Assembly: GCA_019058295.1 (NCBI GenBank) | Contig: JAHPZI010000030.1 | Span: 128,001-192,000, forward strand | Length of the DNA: 64,000 nt | Direction of reading: 5' to 3' | Source: Promethearchaeota archaeon | GTDB taxonomy: Archaea; Asgardarchaeota; Lokiarchaeia; Sigyniarchaeales; SOKP01 | In this document: positions 1-9,821 of the stretch, in pieces | Position numbering within the stretch: position 1 is the first letter of the stretch | Layout of the letters: every line of letters starts with the position of its first letter | The notes under the pieces: model-generated | What the model saw: only the letters and a program-made list of their open reading frames with translations | Databases searched by the model: none | Told to the model about the DNA's origin: nothing | Made by a program: the position numbers and the translations under genes

Positions 1-362
1 TAATACTCTTTAAACATTTTTGCAAGATCCTTATCGATTTTATTTACAGAATATTCATACAATCCAATCATGTAAGGTGCTGAATTATAAAGTATTTTAC
101 CCCCCCTTTGGACTCTAAATATGAGCCCTTTTTTAGACATCGATTCTAATTTTTTTTCCATTTCCTTTTTATCCATTTTAGCGCGTCTTGCAATTCTGGC
201 AGCCGTATTTGGTAATGGAGTTAACAATACGGTAATCTTAGCTTCTTCCTCCGTAAAAAGTCTTTTTAAAATCTTGATTTCAATCCCAGTTGATGTTTTA
301 GGGAATCCTATAGGGAAATGATCTAAATATTCTCTTAATTTTAAATAGGGGTTATCAGACAT
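1..362 (-). CDS. N-terminal part of a probable 4Fe-4S dicluster-domain protein (runs off the window start)
   Basis: Not in the ORF track. ATG at 362 reads MSDNPYLKLREYLDHFPIGFPKTSTGIEIKILKRLFTEEEAK...APYMIGLYEY, which resembles the conserved N-terminus of a 4Fe-4S binding protein family. The Cys clusters would lie outside the window. Confidence 0.7.
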   Translation of the reverse strand, partial: MSDNPYLKLREYLDHFPIGFPKTSTGIEIKILKRLFTEEEAKITVLLTPLPNTAARIARRAKMDKKEMEKKLESMSKKGLIFRVQRGGKILYNSAPYMIGLYEYSVNKIDKDLAKMFKEY

Positions 363-535
363 TTATTCAATCCTTAGTTTGCTTTAAATCGATATATATT
401 ATTCTTCGAGTAATTAGAACTTGATAATAAAAATTTCTTTTAAGTTAAATAATATGTTATATTTTGTATTAATTATTCCAACTATTATAGAAAATGCTTT
501 AAAATAAATTCTTTTAATTCTAAAAGAGCTTATAA

Positions 536-1441
536 ATGATGATAACAAAGGTTATTTTTGATTGCGATAATACTATGGGAAAGATTGGTTGGGAGTTAGA
601 TGATGGACTCGCTCTCTTTTATATTCTTGGTTCCTCCGATCTCAAGCTTTTAGGAATTACAACCGTATTTGGTAATGGAAAAATTGAAAATGTTATGCGA
701 TATACAAAAAATCTTCTAAAGGTCATAGGTAGAGAGGATATCCCATTGAAAATAGGAGCAAACAGGAGAGGTGCCGCTCCCACTGAAGCCGCACATTTCC
801 TTGCTAACAATGCTGCTTCTAATCCGGGAGAGATAGTCATATTAGCAGTAGGTACACTAGGGAATTTACAAGCGGCAGCTCAAATTGATCCTAACTTTTT
901 TCGAAATTTAAAAGAAGTAATCTTGATGGGGGGTCATATTGAGCATCCATTTAAAATGGGGAATTTAATTCTTCCTGATGTGAATTTAAGACGCGATCCT
1001 AAAGCAACTTTCCGTGTTTTTCATGCAGAGTGCCCTGTAACAGTGATAAATAGTGAAATTTGTAAACAAGTTCCGTTTACAAAAGAACATTTTGAAAGAG
1101 TTAATTTTTGGCCTAAGAATATTAAGCACCTTATTGAAAGCCTTTTCTCAACGTACAATGAACATACTGGCCTTGATCTTATCTACATATGGGATGTCCT
1201 TGTACCTGTCTTTCTTAATCATCCGGACCTTTTTGATAAAAATCAGGTTCGAATTATTGCATCAAACGTGAAAGATATTAAAGAAGGACATTTAAAACTC
1301 ACTGACGATGAAGAGGGTGTATTGATAAATATGCCCTCCAAAATTATTGATCCAAATTTGTTCATGAATATCGTCATTGAAGCTTGGTTGCGGTTACATA
1401 ATATTACAATGGAAAAGAATAAAGGTTATTTAGATATCTAA
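536..1441 (+). CDS. Inosine/uridine-preferring nucleoside hydrolase family protein
   Basis: N-terminal DCD...DDGLAL Asp motif, ITTVFGN, LAVGTLGNL, LMGG, N..DP.A. Confidence 0.9.
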   Translation: MMITKVIFDCDNTMGKIGWELDDGLALFYILGSSDLKLLGITTVFGNGKIENVMRYTKNLLKVIGREDIPLKIGANRRGAAPTEAAHFLANNAASNPGEIVILAVGTLGNLQAAAQIDPNFFRNLKEVILMGGHIEHPFKMGNLILPDVNLRRDPKATFRVFHAECPVTVINSEICKQVPFTKEHFERVNFWPKNIKHLIESLFSTYNEHTGLDLIYIWDVLVPVFLNHPDLFDKNQVRIIASNVKDIKEGHLKLTDDEEGVLINMPSKIIDPNLFMNIVIEAWLRLHNITMEKNKGYLDI

Positions 1442-1470
1442 ATCACAAATAGTTTTAAATATTAAATTAT

Positions 1471-2154
1471 TTAATCTCCTTCTAAGAGTACTTTATTAGT
1501 AAGTGTTCCTATTTTTTCAATAGTGGCCTCAATTAGATCTCCTGGTTTAATAGCCCCTATTCCTCCAGGTGTACCCGTAGCTATAATATCTCCCGGTTCC
1601 ATCGTGAAAAATTGTGAGATAAATTCAAGTATTTCTGGAATCTTGAATAGTAAATGTTTCGTATTTGAAGATTGTTTAACTTCTCCATTTACTTTTAATT
1701 CGATATTTAGATTATGAGGGTCTTCTATGTCTTCAACAATTCTAGGACCAATAGGACCAAACGTATCTAGTGATTTCGATCTGAACCATGGTTGTTGCGA
1801 AGATATATCTTTTATTTGCATTTTTCTAGCTGTCACATCATTAAAAACAGTATACCCCAAGATATGATTGTAGACTTCACTAGAAGGGACGTTTTTACAT
1901 TTATCTTTTATAATGAATGCTAATTCTACTTCGTAATCAACTCTGTTGTATTTGCGATTATTGTATAATAATTTTGGATAAATAATTGGTTCTCCATCTG
2001 TTATAAGACAATTTAGAGTTTTGGGAAAAATAAGAGGTTCTTTTGGAACTTCTCTCTTGGTTTCCTCAATATGATCCATATAATTAGTACCTAAACATAT
2101 AATTTTCGTCGGATTAATTGTGTTATTTCCAATTTGTATCATTTTTTTCAACAA
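1471..2154 (-). CDS. Fumarylacetoacetate hydrolase family protein
   Basis: KIICLGTNY, DYEVEL, GYTVFNDVTAR, KSLDTFGPIGP, GDIIATGTPGG. Confidence 0.95.
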   Translation of the reverse strand: MLKKMIQIGNNTINPTKIICLGTNYMDHIEETKREVPKEPLIFPKTLNCLITDGEPIIYPKLLYNNRKYNRVDYEVELAFIIKDKCKNVPSSEVYNHILGYTVFNDVTARKMQIKDISSQQPWFRSKSLDTFGPIGPRIVEDIEDPHNLNIELKVNGEVKQSSNTKHLLFKIPEILEFISQFFTMEPGDIIATGTPGGIGAIKPGDLIEATIEKIGTLTNKVLLEGD

Positions 2155-2250
2155 ATAATAACTATTTTATAAGATGTAAAAACTTCATACAAATTTAAAA
2201 AATATTAAAATAAGTTTAATAATTAATTTACAAAATTTAAAGTAAATCAT

Positions 2251-2841
2251 GTGAAAACTATGGATGAAGAAAGTTCCGATCAAGTGGAAGAAAGAGCTGG
2301 AGAAAAAACAGTCCTACAAACAACTCTCACTAAAAGAGTAGCGACTGCTGGTATATTTATCGCAGTTGGATTAATTTTAAGTTATCTAAATCCTTTTGCC
2401 TATTTCACCATATTTGGTACTAAGATCAATCCTTTTGTACATTTTATTAATGCTATAGCAGGAGTTTTGATTGGAATGTCATTTGGTTGCATGGTTGCTT
2501 TGGGGATTGCTATTTTGCGTTTTGTTTTAGGAATAGGTACAATCCACGCTTTCCATGGAGGGATATCTGGAGCTTTTGTCGTCGGTTTATCTGCATATAT
2601 TTTGCGAAAAAAATATCCTAAACACGTAGAATTAGCAGCTTTAACTGAACCAATAGGCACGGTATTTATAGGAGGTACAATTGCACAATTAATTGCACCA
2701 CTCGGAGGTATTGAGGGCTTATTTATATATTGGGGTTTATTTGCTATGAGCTGTATCCCTGGCTGCATTTTAGGCTATTTAATATTAAGAATCTTAAAAA
2801 GAGCAGATATCACATGGGAAGATTATTTTCCGAGAGTTTAA
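2251..2841 (+). CDS. thiW: ECF transporter S component, ThiW (thiazole) family
   Basis: Multi-TM protein with P.xHFINAIAGVLIG, LR...GIGT..AF.GG and EPIGT.FIG motifs typical of ThiW. Confidence 0.8.
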   Translation: MKTMDEESSDQVEERAGEKTVLQTTLTKRVATAGIFIAVGLILSYLNPFAYFTIFGTKINPFVHFINAIAGVLIGMSFGCMVALGIAILRFVLGIGTIHAFHGGISGAFVVGLSAYILRKKYPKHVELAALTEPIGTVFIGGTIAQLIAPLGGIEGLFIYWGLFAMSCIPGCILGYLILRILKRADITWEDYFPRV

Positions 2842-3407
2842 ATTTCAACGAGTTTATTGACCATCAAACTATATTATATGGAGAAACTAACACAAAAAAA
2901 ACTTATTATACTGCTCGATTTGTCCAATTTCTTTTAAAAATTAAAAAATTTAATCCTAAAAACATAAGCATCTTAGATTTTGCCCCTAAGTTGTTTAAAT
3001 ATTATGACATAAAAATCGGCGGTAAAATAGACGATTTTTATCCTCAGAGTATAAAATGTAATAATATTACTTTTAAAGGAGAAATAATACCACCAAGGTT
3101 AAGGGCAAGTAATAAAAAAGAACTATTTGAAAATGCCTGTAAAAACTACAAAAAAACCCATGAGATATTAGAAATTTATGATGAAAACCCTACTTCAGTT
3201 CTTATAATTAATGATATCTCGATATATCTTCATCTAGGGAGTAAGAAACTTTTATTAGATGCAATTAAGAAAGCAAACACATTTTTTGGAAATACTTATT
3301 ATGGCACTTCAATAAAGCGTGATTTTACCAGTCTTTTTAGTTTAAAGGAAAAGTGTGTAGTTAAATCTCTAATTAAAAAGATTGAAAATTCATATTCTAC
3401 GGATTAA
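2814..3407 (+). CDS. Hypothetical protein with degenerate P-loop NTPase-like motifs
   Basis: Likely ATG at 2814 (28 bp overlap with thiW). TILYGETNTKKT is Walker A-like and VLIIND is Walker B-like. Confidence 0.55.
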   Translation: MGRLFSESLNFNEFIDHQTILYGETNTKKTYYTARFVQFLLKIKKFNPKNISILDFAPKLFKYYDIKIGGKIDDFYPQSIKCNNITFKGEIIPPRLRASNKKELFENACKNYKKTHEILEIYDENPTSVLIINDISIYLHLGSKKLLLDAIKKANTFFGNTYYGTSIKRDFTSLFSLKEKCVVKSLIKKIENSYSTD

Positions 3408-3552
3408 AAGCTTTAAAACATATCTATTTTTCTTATTTTTTTTAAAGTTCGTCACTAATTTAATTATCCTTAAGGTTCAAAAAACATAAAAAGAAATTTT
3501 CTATTTTTCCTTTATTTCATTATCAAGTGTATGAAGTCAAAAAGAAAATTTT

Positions 3553-4401
3553 TTACTTGAGTTCCCTACCACAACTAGTACAGTATTTAGCTCCTGGTTT
3601 TACATTAATCCCACAAGCAGGACAGTAAATAATCGAGGAATCCGACAGTGTTGATACTGGAGTAAGCTGGGTGGCTGATGCAGCCGGTTGTACCCTTATA
3701 GATAGGGATGAACGAGGAGGTGCCGGGGCTATATTATCTTCTGTTAAATTATATAGATAAAATATTAACAGAATAAATCCAATTATTCTAAAAATTCCAC
3801 TTAATGATCTTAAGATAAACCAGAGCGGTATAATTACATCTATAATAGCACCAACCATACATAAAATAGCACCCGCTTTCGCATTATTAGCTGGTAAAAT
3901 AAGTGATAAACCAGAGCTTAAGCGAACCCAGGCAACAATCTCCAATATAGCAGCAATAAATAATACAATTAAACTAATTCCCATACAAATTGCTCCGAAG
4001 ACAATCAAATAGGAAGAGGTCGTTCCATACCTAGTAGACGAAATACTTGTTAATATATAAATTGCATTTAACTGGACAAAAAATCCAATGATCCGTAATA
4101 TTGATAATGCAATCATTTTAGAGCGAAAACTAAGGAGCTCACTATTAAGATGAGCATCAGCAATATTTTTAATATTCCCTAACATAAATAGAAAAATAAA
4201 CCATATCAAAATTTGTAAATAAATCCCATAGTACAACCACCTACTATAATTTAAATTATAAAAAATCAAATAAACCGAATGAGTAAGTAAATAAATAGTA
4301 AAGATTAAGAAAAAAACGGATGAAATGACTGTTAAAATTAATATAGGGATTAATTTATTACCAAATTTTCGAAATTGGGTTGTTATTTCTTGATTGGACA
4401 T
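3553..4401 (-). CDS. Multi-pass membrane protein with C-terminal zinc ribbon
   Basis: About 6 hydrophobic segments, Pro/Ser linker, CPACG...CTSCG. Confidence 0.8.
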   Translation of the reverse strand: MSNQEITTQFRKFGNKLIPILILTVISSVFFLIFTIYLLTHSVYLIFYNLNYSRWLYYGIYLQILIWFIFLFMLGNIKNIADAHLNSELLSFRSKMIALSILRIIGFFVQLNAIYILTSISSTRYGTTSSYLIVFGAICMGISLIVLFIAAILEIVAWVRLSSGLSLILPANNAKAGAILCMVGAIIDVIIPLWFILRSLSGIFRIIGFILLIFYLYNLTEDNIAPAPPRSSLSIRVQPAASATQLTPVSTLSDSSIIYCPACGINVKPGAKYCTSCGRELK

Positions 4402-4599
4402 TTTAATCTTGTCTTAATGTTTAGTCTTTTATTTTGTCTTATTATAAATATAATTTCATCCTATAATTTATAAAACTTTTCACAAATAAATCCTATTTAA
4501 AGTTTAGGAAGTTAATAATAATAAGATTCAAATGATATTTAACATAATAATTGTTTAAACAAATTCTATAATTAAAAAACTTAATGTAATTGGTGTTTA

Positions 4600-5064
4600 T
4601 TATATCAATTCCTTATTCAAAATTATTTTGCTAAAAAAAATCTCTCCATTAACAATTTCAAATGGAATTCTCTTATTTTCAATCCAATCCTCTCCAAAAA
4701 TTGTATAATATTCCCTATATTTATCATTAGATATAATAAGTCCATGATTTTCAAATGAAAGTTGTAAAACATAAAGATCTGCTTTAATCTCTTTTGGAGA
4801 GATGATTATTTCTTTTTTTTTTATATAACCAATAAATTCATCTCGCTTATCAATACAATATTTTAGTGATTCATCACAAATAATTCTATTTTGCTTAACT
4901 CCATATTTATTGAGTTTTTTTCTAATATTTAGAATATTAGAAAGTTTAGGTTTATTATTTTTATCTCTTTCTTCAAAAGCGACATTAGATCCATCAATTA
5001 TTGTATATGGATTTAATAACTCGTATTTTTTATCATTTTTACCATCAAACACTATAACTGTCAT
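4600..5064 (-). CDS. Zc3h12a/Regnase-like NYN (PIN-fold) ribonuclease
   Basis: IIDGSNVA, KADLY and IISNDKYRE match the Regnase-1/N4BP1-type NYN motifs (DGSN...D...SND.YRD). SD-like GAGGT lies upstream. Confidence 0.85.
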   Translation of the reverse strand: MTVIVFDGKNDKKYELLNPYTIIDGSNVAFEERDKNNKPKLSNILNIRKKLNKYGVKQNRIICDESLKYCIDKRDEFIGYIKKKEIIISPKEIKADLYVLQLSFENHGLIISNDKYREYYTIFGEDWIENKRIPFEIVNGEIFFSKIILNKELI

Positions 5065-5088
5065 ATATCAACCTCTCTTCGTTCGTTT

Positions 5089-7650
5089 CTATTCTCTCTC
5101 TCTTGATTGTTTCATTGCTTTTTCTAATGTGTCTCTTTTTTCAATTGCCTTTTTTCTTATATTTTTTGCTAAATTTACCAAATATTTAGATTTTGAGTTT
5201 TCTCCCAATATTATTGTGTAATCCATTAGTGTATTCAAATTTATATAAAGATTAATCAAATTCCCTGTTTTAATTGAAAAACCTGGTCTCTTCAATTTAG
5301 ATTTACTTATTTTAATGTAATATTCCATTCTCGATTCTAAATCCAGTCTATTAATTTCGTATTTTTCTAAATATTCGGGATTTTGATGATAGGATTCTGC
5401 ATTTACTATTGCTTTTAAAAATTTAAAATAAAATAAAGGAAAAATTTGTTCAAAATCAACGTAGTATTCTCCAGTAAAAAATGGGCTCGTTTCGCTCTCT
5501 TTAATGCTATCAAAATATTGCTTAAAAAGATCAAAAGAAAGTAAAAAATTGTGCTCTCTATTAAATTTAATTCTCGATGATAGTTCTATGATATCATACG
5601 CATTATCTAAAAGAATTTGAATTTTATTTGGTATTTTTTTAACCACTTTCCCATATTGTTCAATTTCTTTGATTGGATTTTCATTTAACTCAATTAAAAT
5701 CTCTTTTCTTATTAAATCTAATTTTAAAAAATTTAATTTCAATTGATTCAATTCTAAAATAATAATTTCTATAAAAGTCTGATTTTTTCGAAAATTAGGA
5801 TTTTTTTTTAATTGAGAAATGTGATAGATATCGAGATCCTCAATTCTTAAATCGTCAATAAATTTAAATTCTTCATTAATTTTATTTAGTCTAATCTTAT
5901 ATGCTGTCTGGATTTTCTTTTCTAATTCATAAACTCTTTCAGATAGATCTGAATAATCTCCTTTACATCTTTGAATTTTTAGCATCTCTACATTGAATTT
6001 AAACAAATTCCTTTCTGATTTACTCTCTATTTCATTACCCTCTGAAAAAATAATTAATGCTTTGTCCAAATTCCACATCTTAAAATAGATCTCTCCTAAA
6101 TAATAGAGAATCTGTGAATAAATAATTGATTGATCTTTTAAGGGCTCAGGATATGATGAGTATATTTTTTTAAGTATTTTCTTAGCCACATCAAATTGTC
6201 TATCAGTATAGTAGAACATTGCTTCCTCATACTCTAACATAACATCATACGATTCTTTTGTATAATCATTAGTTGCTAAACTAATCTGCGTAATATCTTT
6301 TTTAATCTTGATATAATTAATCTCTCGCTCTGGTGGGATTATTCTAAATTCTTCACCCCCTCCTGGTTTTAGCCTTTCTCTTTTCTCAAAATTATTGATT
6401 TTGGTTGCTATTTTATCGAATTTATTATAAAATGTTCCTTGAGAAACTTTTAATTGTTTTTGATATTTATCGAAAAATTCCTTTTTACTTCTAAAACCTG
6501 CATCATCATCTTCTATACCATTCTTAATATCTTTATTATATTCCTTTAAAAATAGGCTATATACTTTATCTAGAGTTAACTTCTTTTTTTTCGGTATTTT
6601 ATATTCAATTTTTTTTTCTGGAGTGAGTTTTTCATAAAGTATATCTTCAGCTTTCAAAAACAAATCTTTTCCTTTTACTAGAAAATCTTTTAGTTCATTT
6701 TCAAATGCATCATAGTAAGATTTTGGATTTAGGATATTAGAGTATCTTTCAATGATGATTTTAATTTCTTTTAGATTGTTTGCTAGAAATGAAAAGAGTT
6801 CATGAGCAGAATTATGTAATAAGTTCAAGTAAAATGCTTTAAATTCAATAGGGGGAAAGATCCTTTTCTCAGGACTGGAATTCGAAAATGGATCAAATGT
6901 TATTTCATTCTGAACGATATTATAGTAATTGTTTATTATATTCCCATATTTCAAATCATCAGATATGTAAACTTCTCTGCTAGCATACTCTTGATCTACT
7001 TCATTATACCCTAATTCGCTTAAATAATTAATAAGTTCATACATTATTATAAAAGAATGATAATATTCATTAATAAATTCCATAGAGAATTCCTGATTAG
7101 CACTTGGATAATTTACAGTCAAGTTGATTAAAATAAGAAAGTTAAAATTAATACTCTTGTTTAATCTTAAATGTAGATTAATTTTTAATGGCCCATTTTC
7201 AAAAAATTCAAAACTATAAAGATTAAATTTTTGGAATTTTGTCAAATCTTCATTGGATAGTATTCTTGGAGATTTCTTTAAAATATTCAGCTTTTCATAT
7301 TCTATATCTTTTTCTTTTAACTTATTATCTTTTATAGATTGTTCAAATGCGGAACTGATTTGACTGTGCTTTAAAACAAAATCTATAACAGATAAATTTT
7401 CTGAGTCTTTGAGAATTAACTTCCAATTTGATTTTTTCGATTGATAATTAAGATAGGAATTATAAAAATTAATCGCGTAATTATCGAGTTCCTGCCAATT
7501 ATTCTGCAAATACTGCCAGAACTCATCTAAATATAAATCTAGAAACTTTATTTCTCGCTCTTCAAATGGGATTTCTTTATTTTCTTCAATATTAACTTCG
7601 AAAATATCCTCTAAAGATTGTATAAATTTATCAATATTTTTTACCATCAT
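5089..7650 (-). CDS. Large hypothetical protein (853 aa) with a central HTH/winged-helix-like segment and TPR-like repeats
   Basis: KQLKVSQGTFYNKF...KPGGGEEFRI is HTH plus wing-like. YEEAMFYY..FDVAKKILKK and ILYYLGEIYFKMWNLDKAL are TPR-like. Confidence 0.55.
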   Translation of the reverse strand: MMVKNIDKFIQSLEDIFEVNIEENKEIPFEEREIKFLDLYLDEFWQYLQNNWQELDNYAINFYNSYLNYQSKKSNWKLILKDSENLSVIDFVLKHSQISSAFEQSIKDNKLKEKDIEYEKLNILKKSPRILSNEDLTKFQKFNLYSFEFFENGPLKINLHLRLNKSINFNFLILINLTVNYPSANQEFSMEFINEYYHSFIIMYELINYLSELGYNEVDQEYASREVYISDDLKYGNIINNYYNIVQNEITFDPFSNSSPEKRIFPPIEFKAFYLNLLHNSAHELFSFLANNLKEIKIIIERYSNILNPKSYYDAFENELKDFLVKGKDLFLKAEDILYEKLTPEKKIEYKIPKKKKLTLDKVYSLFLKEYNKDIKNGIEDDDAGFRSKKEFFDKYQKQLKVSQGTFYNKFDKIATKINNFEKRERLKPGGGEEFRIIPPEREINYIKIKKDITQISLATNDYTKESYDVMLEYEEAMFYYTDRQFDVAKKILKKIYSSYPEPLKDQSIIYSQILYYLGEIYFKMWNLDKALIIFSEGNEIESKSERNLFKFNVEMLKIQRCKGDYSDLSERVYELEKKIQTAYKIRLNKINEEFKFIDDLRIEDLDIYHISQLKKNPNFRKNQTFIEIIILELNQLKLNFLKLDLIRKEILIELNENPIKEIEQYGKVVKKIPNKIQILLDNAYDIIELSSRIKFNREHNFLLSFDLFKQYFDSIKESETSPFFTGEYYVDFEQIFPLFYFKFLKAIVNAESYHQNPEYLEKYEINRLDLESRMEYYIKISKSKLKRPGFSIKTGNLINLYINLNTLMDYTIILGENSKSKYLVNLAKNIRKKAIEKRDTLEKAMKQSRERE

Positions 7651-7810
7651 AATTAAGATTTATACGTTTTGGAGACTTTATAAATCCTTTTGATTATAGT
7701 TTATAAACCTAATATTTCCAAATATAAACCTATAAACTAAATATTTTTTATCTTTAAATTAAACATATTTAGCATTAAATAAAACCAAAATAAGAATAAT
7801 ATATTAGGTT

Positions 7811-8506
7811 CTATGGAATCTTCGCTAATATACAAATAGAATTTATTTGTTTTCTATAAGTAGAATCTAATAACCAAGCTAAAATCTGTAGATAATTAAT
7901 AGCATCATTTAAATCGATTTTGGTTATTTGAGATGCCATAGATACTTTATGAGCAACATTATTCCTTTTATCAATTATCCCAGATAATAATTCTTTTATA
8001 ATATTTGTAGAGACTATTTTTTTCCATCTTCTTTGAAATCTTTTTGTTATATGTTTAAAAATATCCTTAAACCCAATTTCTTTGAAAAGATTTATTATAT
8101 GAATTGGATTAGGATTAGAACTTTGTAATTTAAAAATAGCTGGATTTATCTCATCATTAATAATAGATCTGCATGAATTTTTTATATTGGTTAAATTATT
8201 AATATTCTTTTTCATTTTAAATTGTTTTAAGGTTTTATTAACATTTGTTATTATTAAATCAGGAGGCAATTTTGAGAAATCTATAATACTCTTGTATTTT
8301 TTTATGACACTTAAATAGACATTTGATAGATTATTTAAAAATTCATTAAAAGACGCAACAATTAAAACTATTGAACCCCCTCGTAAACCATAAACATAGT
8401 TCCTATCTTTCTTCGGGGGTGGTTCTTTATAAGTATCTAATTTAATTAATGCTTTGACAATTTCTAAGGATTCAAGAAACTCATTATAGGCAATTGAATT
8501 ATTCAT
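7811..8506 (-). CDS. HEPN-domain ribonuclease (RiboL-PSP / MAE_28990-like)
   Basis: Rx4H motif RNNVAH near the C-terminus, helical IVLIVASFNEFL segment, NPN motif. Lies 7 bp downstream of the DUF262 gene. Confidence 0.85.
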   Translation of the reverse strand: MNNSIAYNEFLESLEIVKALIKLDTYKEPPPKKDRNYVYGLRGGSIVLIVASFNEFLNNLSNVYLSVIKKYKSIIDFSKLPPDLIITNVNKTLKQFKMKKNINNLTNIKNSCRSIINDEINPAIFKLQSSNPNPIHIINLFKEIGFKDIFKHITKRFQRRWKKIVSTNIIKELLSGIIDKRNNVAHKVSMASQITKIDLNDAINYLQILAWLLDSTYRKQINSICILAKIP

Positions 8507-8513
8507 TGAATAA

Positions 8514-9821
8514 TTACCTTTCTAAGGCATTCATTATTAAATTATATACTTTTTCCTTCCGTTTGAAAAAGGCAGTGGAAGAAGATATATGAAAAGAAAT
8601 AGAATCATTAAAGTCTTTATCTGAAAAAAGTTTTTTATATTCTGAAATAAAATCTTCTTTATTAAAATCATTTGGTATACTGACATTAACATCACGGTCG
8701 ACACATGCAAATATTACAGCATCAAATAATGAAGTTATCATTTTTTTCTTCCAATAACCCTTATCTTCCAACCATCTTTTAAAAGCAATTTCACCAAATA
8801 GTCTATTAATAAAATTAATAGTATTAAGAAATTTCTGTTCATATTCTTTAATTTTAGCCTCCTCCATCCTTTGATTTTTTCTAACAAAATCAGTCATTTT
8901 CCATGTAATATCTCCTGAAAAATATTTTGGATTCTCAAAGAAAGTAAAGAATCTAAGTACATACTCTACATCCTTCATCTCTTGATAAATTTTGGATTCA
9001 TTCTTATCATCTACTCCTAATAATTTGTGAAACGTTGGATTCACAGACAATCTTAGCGTCAAATCATTTAAATCTCCCGGAAAAGCACTATTCCGTATCT
9101 CTTGATCATTTAATTGTACACCTCCAGTATTTAAACGTTGAAAAACTGTATATTTAATATCTTCATCAGATTCATTGAGTATTATTATTGCCCTTAAAAC
9201 AGCTCGAGTTTTTAGATAATTTTGATATGGTAGTGGTAGATTAGAAAATGTTTTTCCATTTAATCCTTGAAATACTTTTAGACCAACCAGTTCTAATTCA
9301 TCTCTAAAAAATCTTTTAATAGAATTTAGCCTCTGTTTGCCATCTATAACAGAATATGTTCCAAAATCATCTTCATTTAAAAATATTGAAGGAACTGGAA
9401 CATTCATTATAAAGGATTCTATTAATTTCGATTGCCTTTCATCATTCCAACGAAATCTTCGTTGATATTCGGGGTGAAGATTAATTGTGTTTTTTTCTAG
9501 CAATTCTGATAATGTATTCAAGTTATAATCAACAAATTGAGTTATAAGATTACGTTGTTGATCTTTCAATGATTTCTTAATATCGATTTCAGTATTCTCT
9601 TCTGTTTCCTCATAATCAAGATCACTTTTTTGTATGTTTTCAATATAATAATCTTCTTTTGAATCTGCATTCTTGAAATTATCAAATATATCCTTTGGAA
9701 CATTTTCATAGATATGAACATCTCCACCTACAAATACAATTTTTATGATTTTACCATATGGTTCAAATCCGATTTTATCAATATTTTCAGAGATATCCTT
9801 AATATATTCCATAATCATCAC
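8514..9821 (-). CDS. KTSC domain fused to DUF262 (GmrS/ParB-like) domain
   Basis: N-terminal SENIDKIGF...IVF.GG.VH.Y.NVP..IFD.F..ADSK..YY..NI fits the KTSC pattern. PEYQRRFRW, IES..MNVPVP, VIDGKQRL and FQRLNTGG are DUF262 motifs. No C-terminal HNH (DUF1524). Confidence 0.85.
   Translation of the reverse strand: MMIMEYIKDISENIDKIGFEPYGKIIKIVFVGGDVHIYENVPKDIFDNFKNADSKEDYYIENIQKSDLDYEETEENTEIDIKKSLKDQQRNLITQFVDYNLNTLSELLEKNTINLHPEYQRRFRWNDERQSKLIESFIMNVPVPSIFLNEDDFGTYSVIDGKQRLNSIKRFFRDELELVGLKVFQGLNGKTFSNLPLPYQNYLKTRAVLRAIIILNESDEDIKYTVFQRLNTGGVQLNDQEIRNSAFPGDLNDLTLRLSVNPTFHKLLGVDDKNESKIYQEMKDVEYVLRFFTFFENPKYFSGDITWKMTDFVRKNQRMEEAKIKEYEQKFLNTINFINRLFGEIAFKRWLEDKGYWKKKMITSLFDAVIFACVDRDVNVSIPNDFNKEDFISEYKKLFSDKDFNDSISFHISSSTAFFKRKEKVYNLIMNALER

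Noticed and set aside
121-321. 66-aa + strand ORF
   Set aside because: Antisense shadow of the real minus-strand gene starting at 362
2155-2250. TPP riboswitch upstream of thiW
   Set aside because: The region is almost entirely A/T and lacks the conserved CUGAGA core
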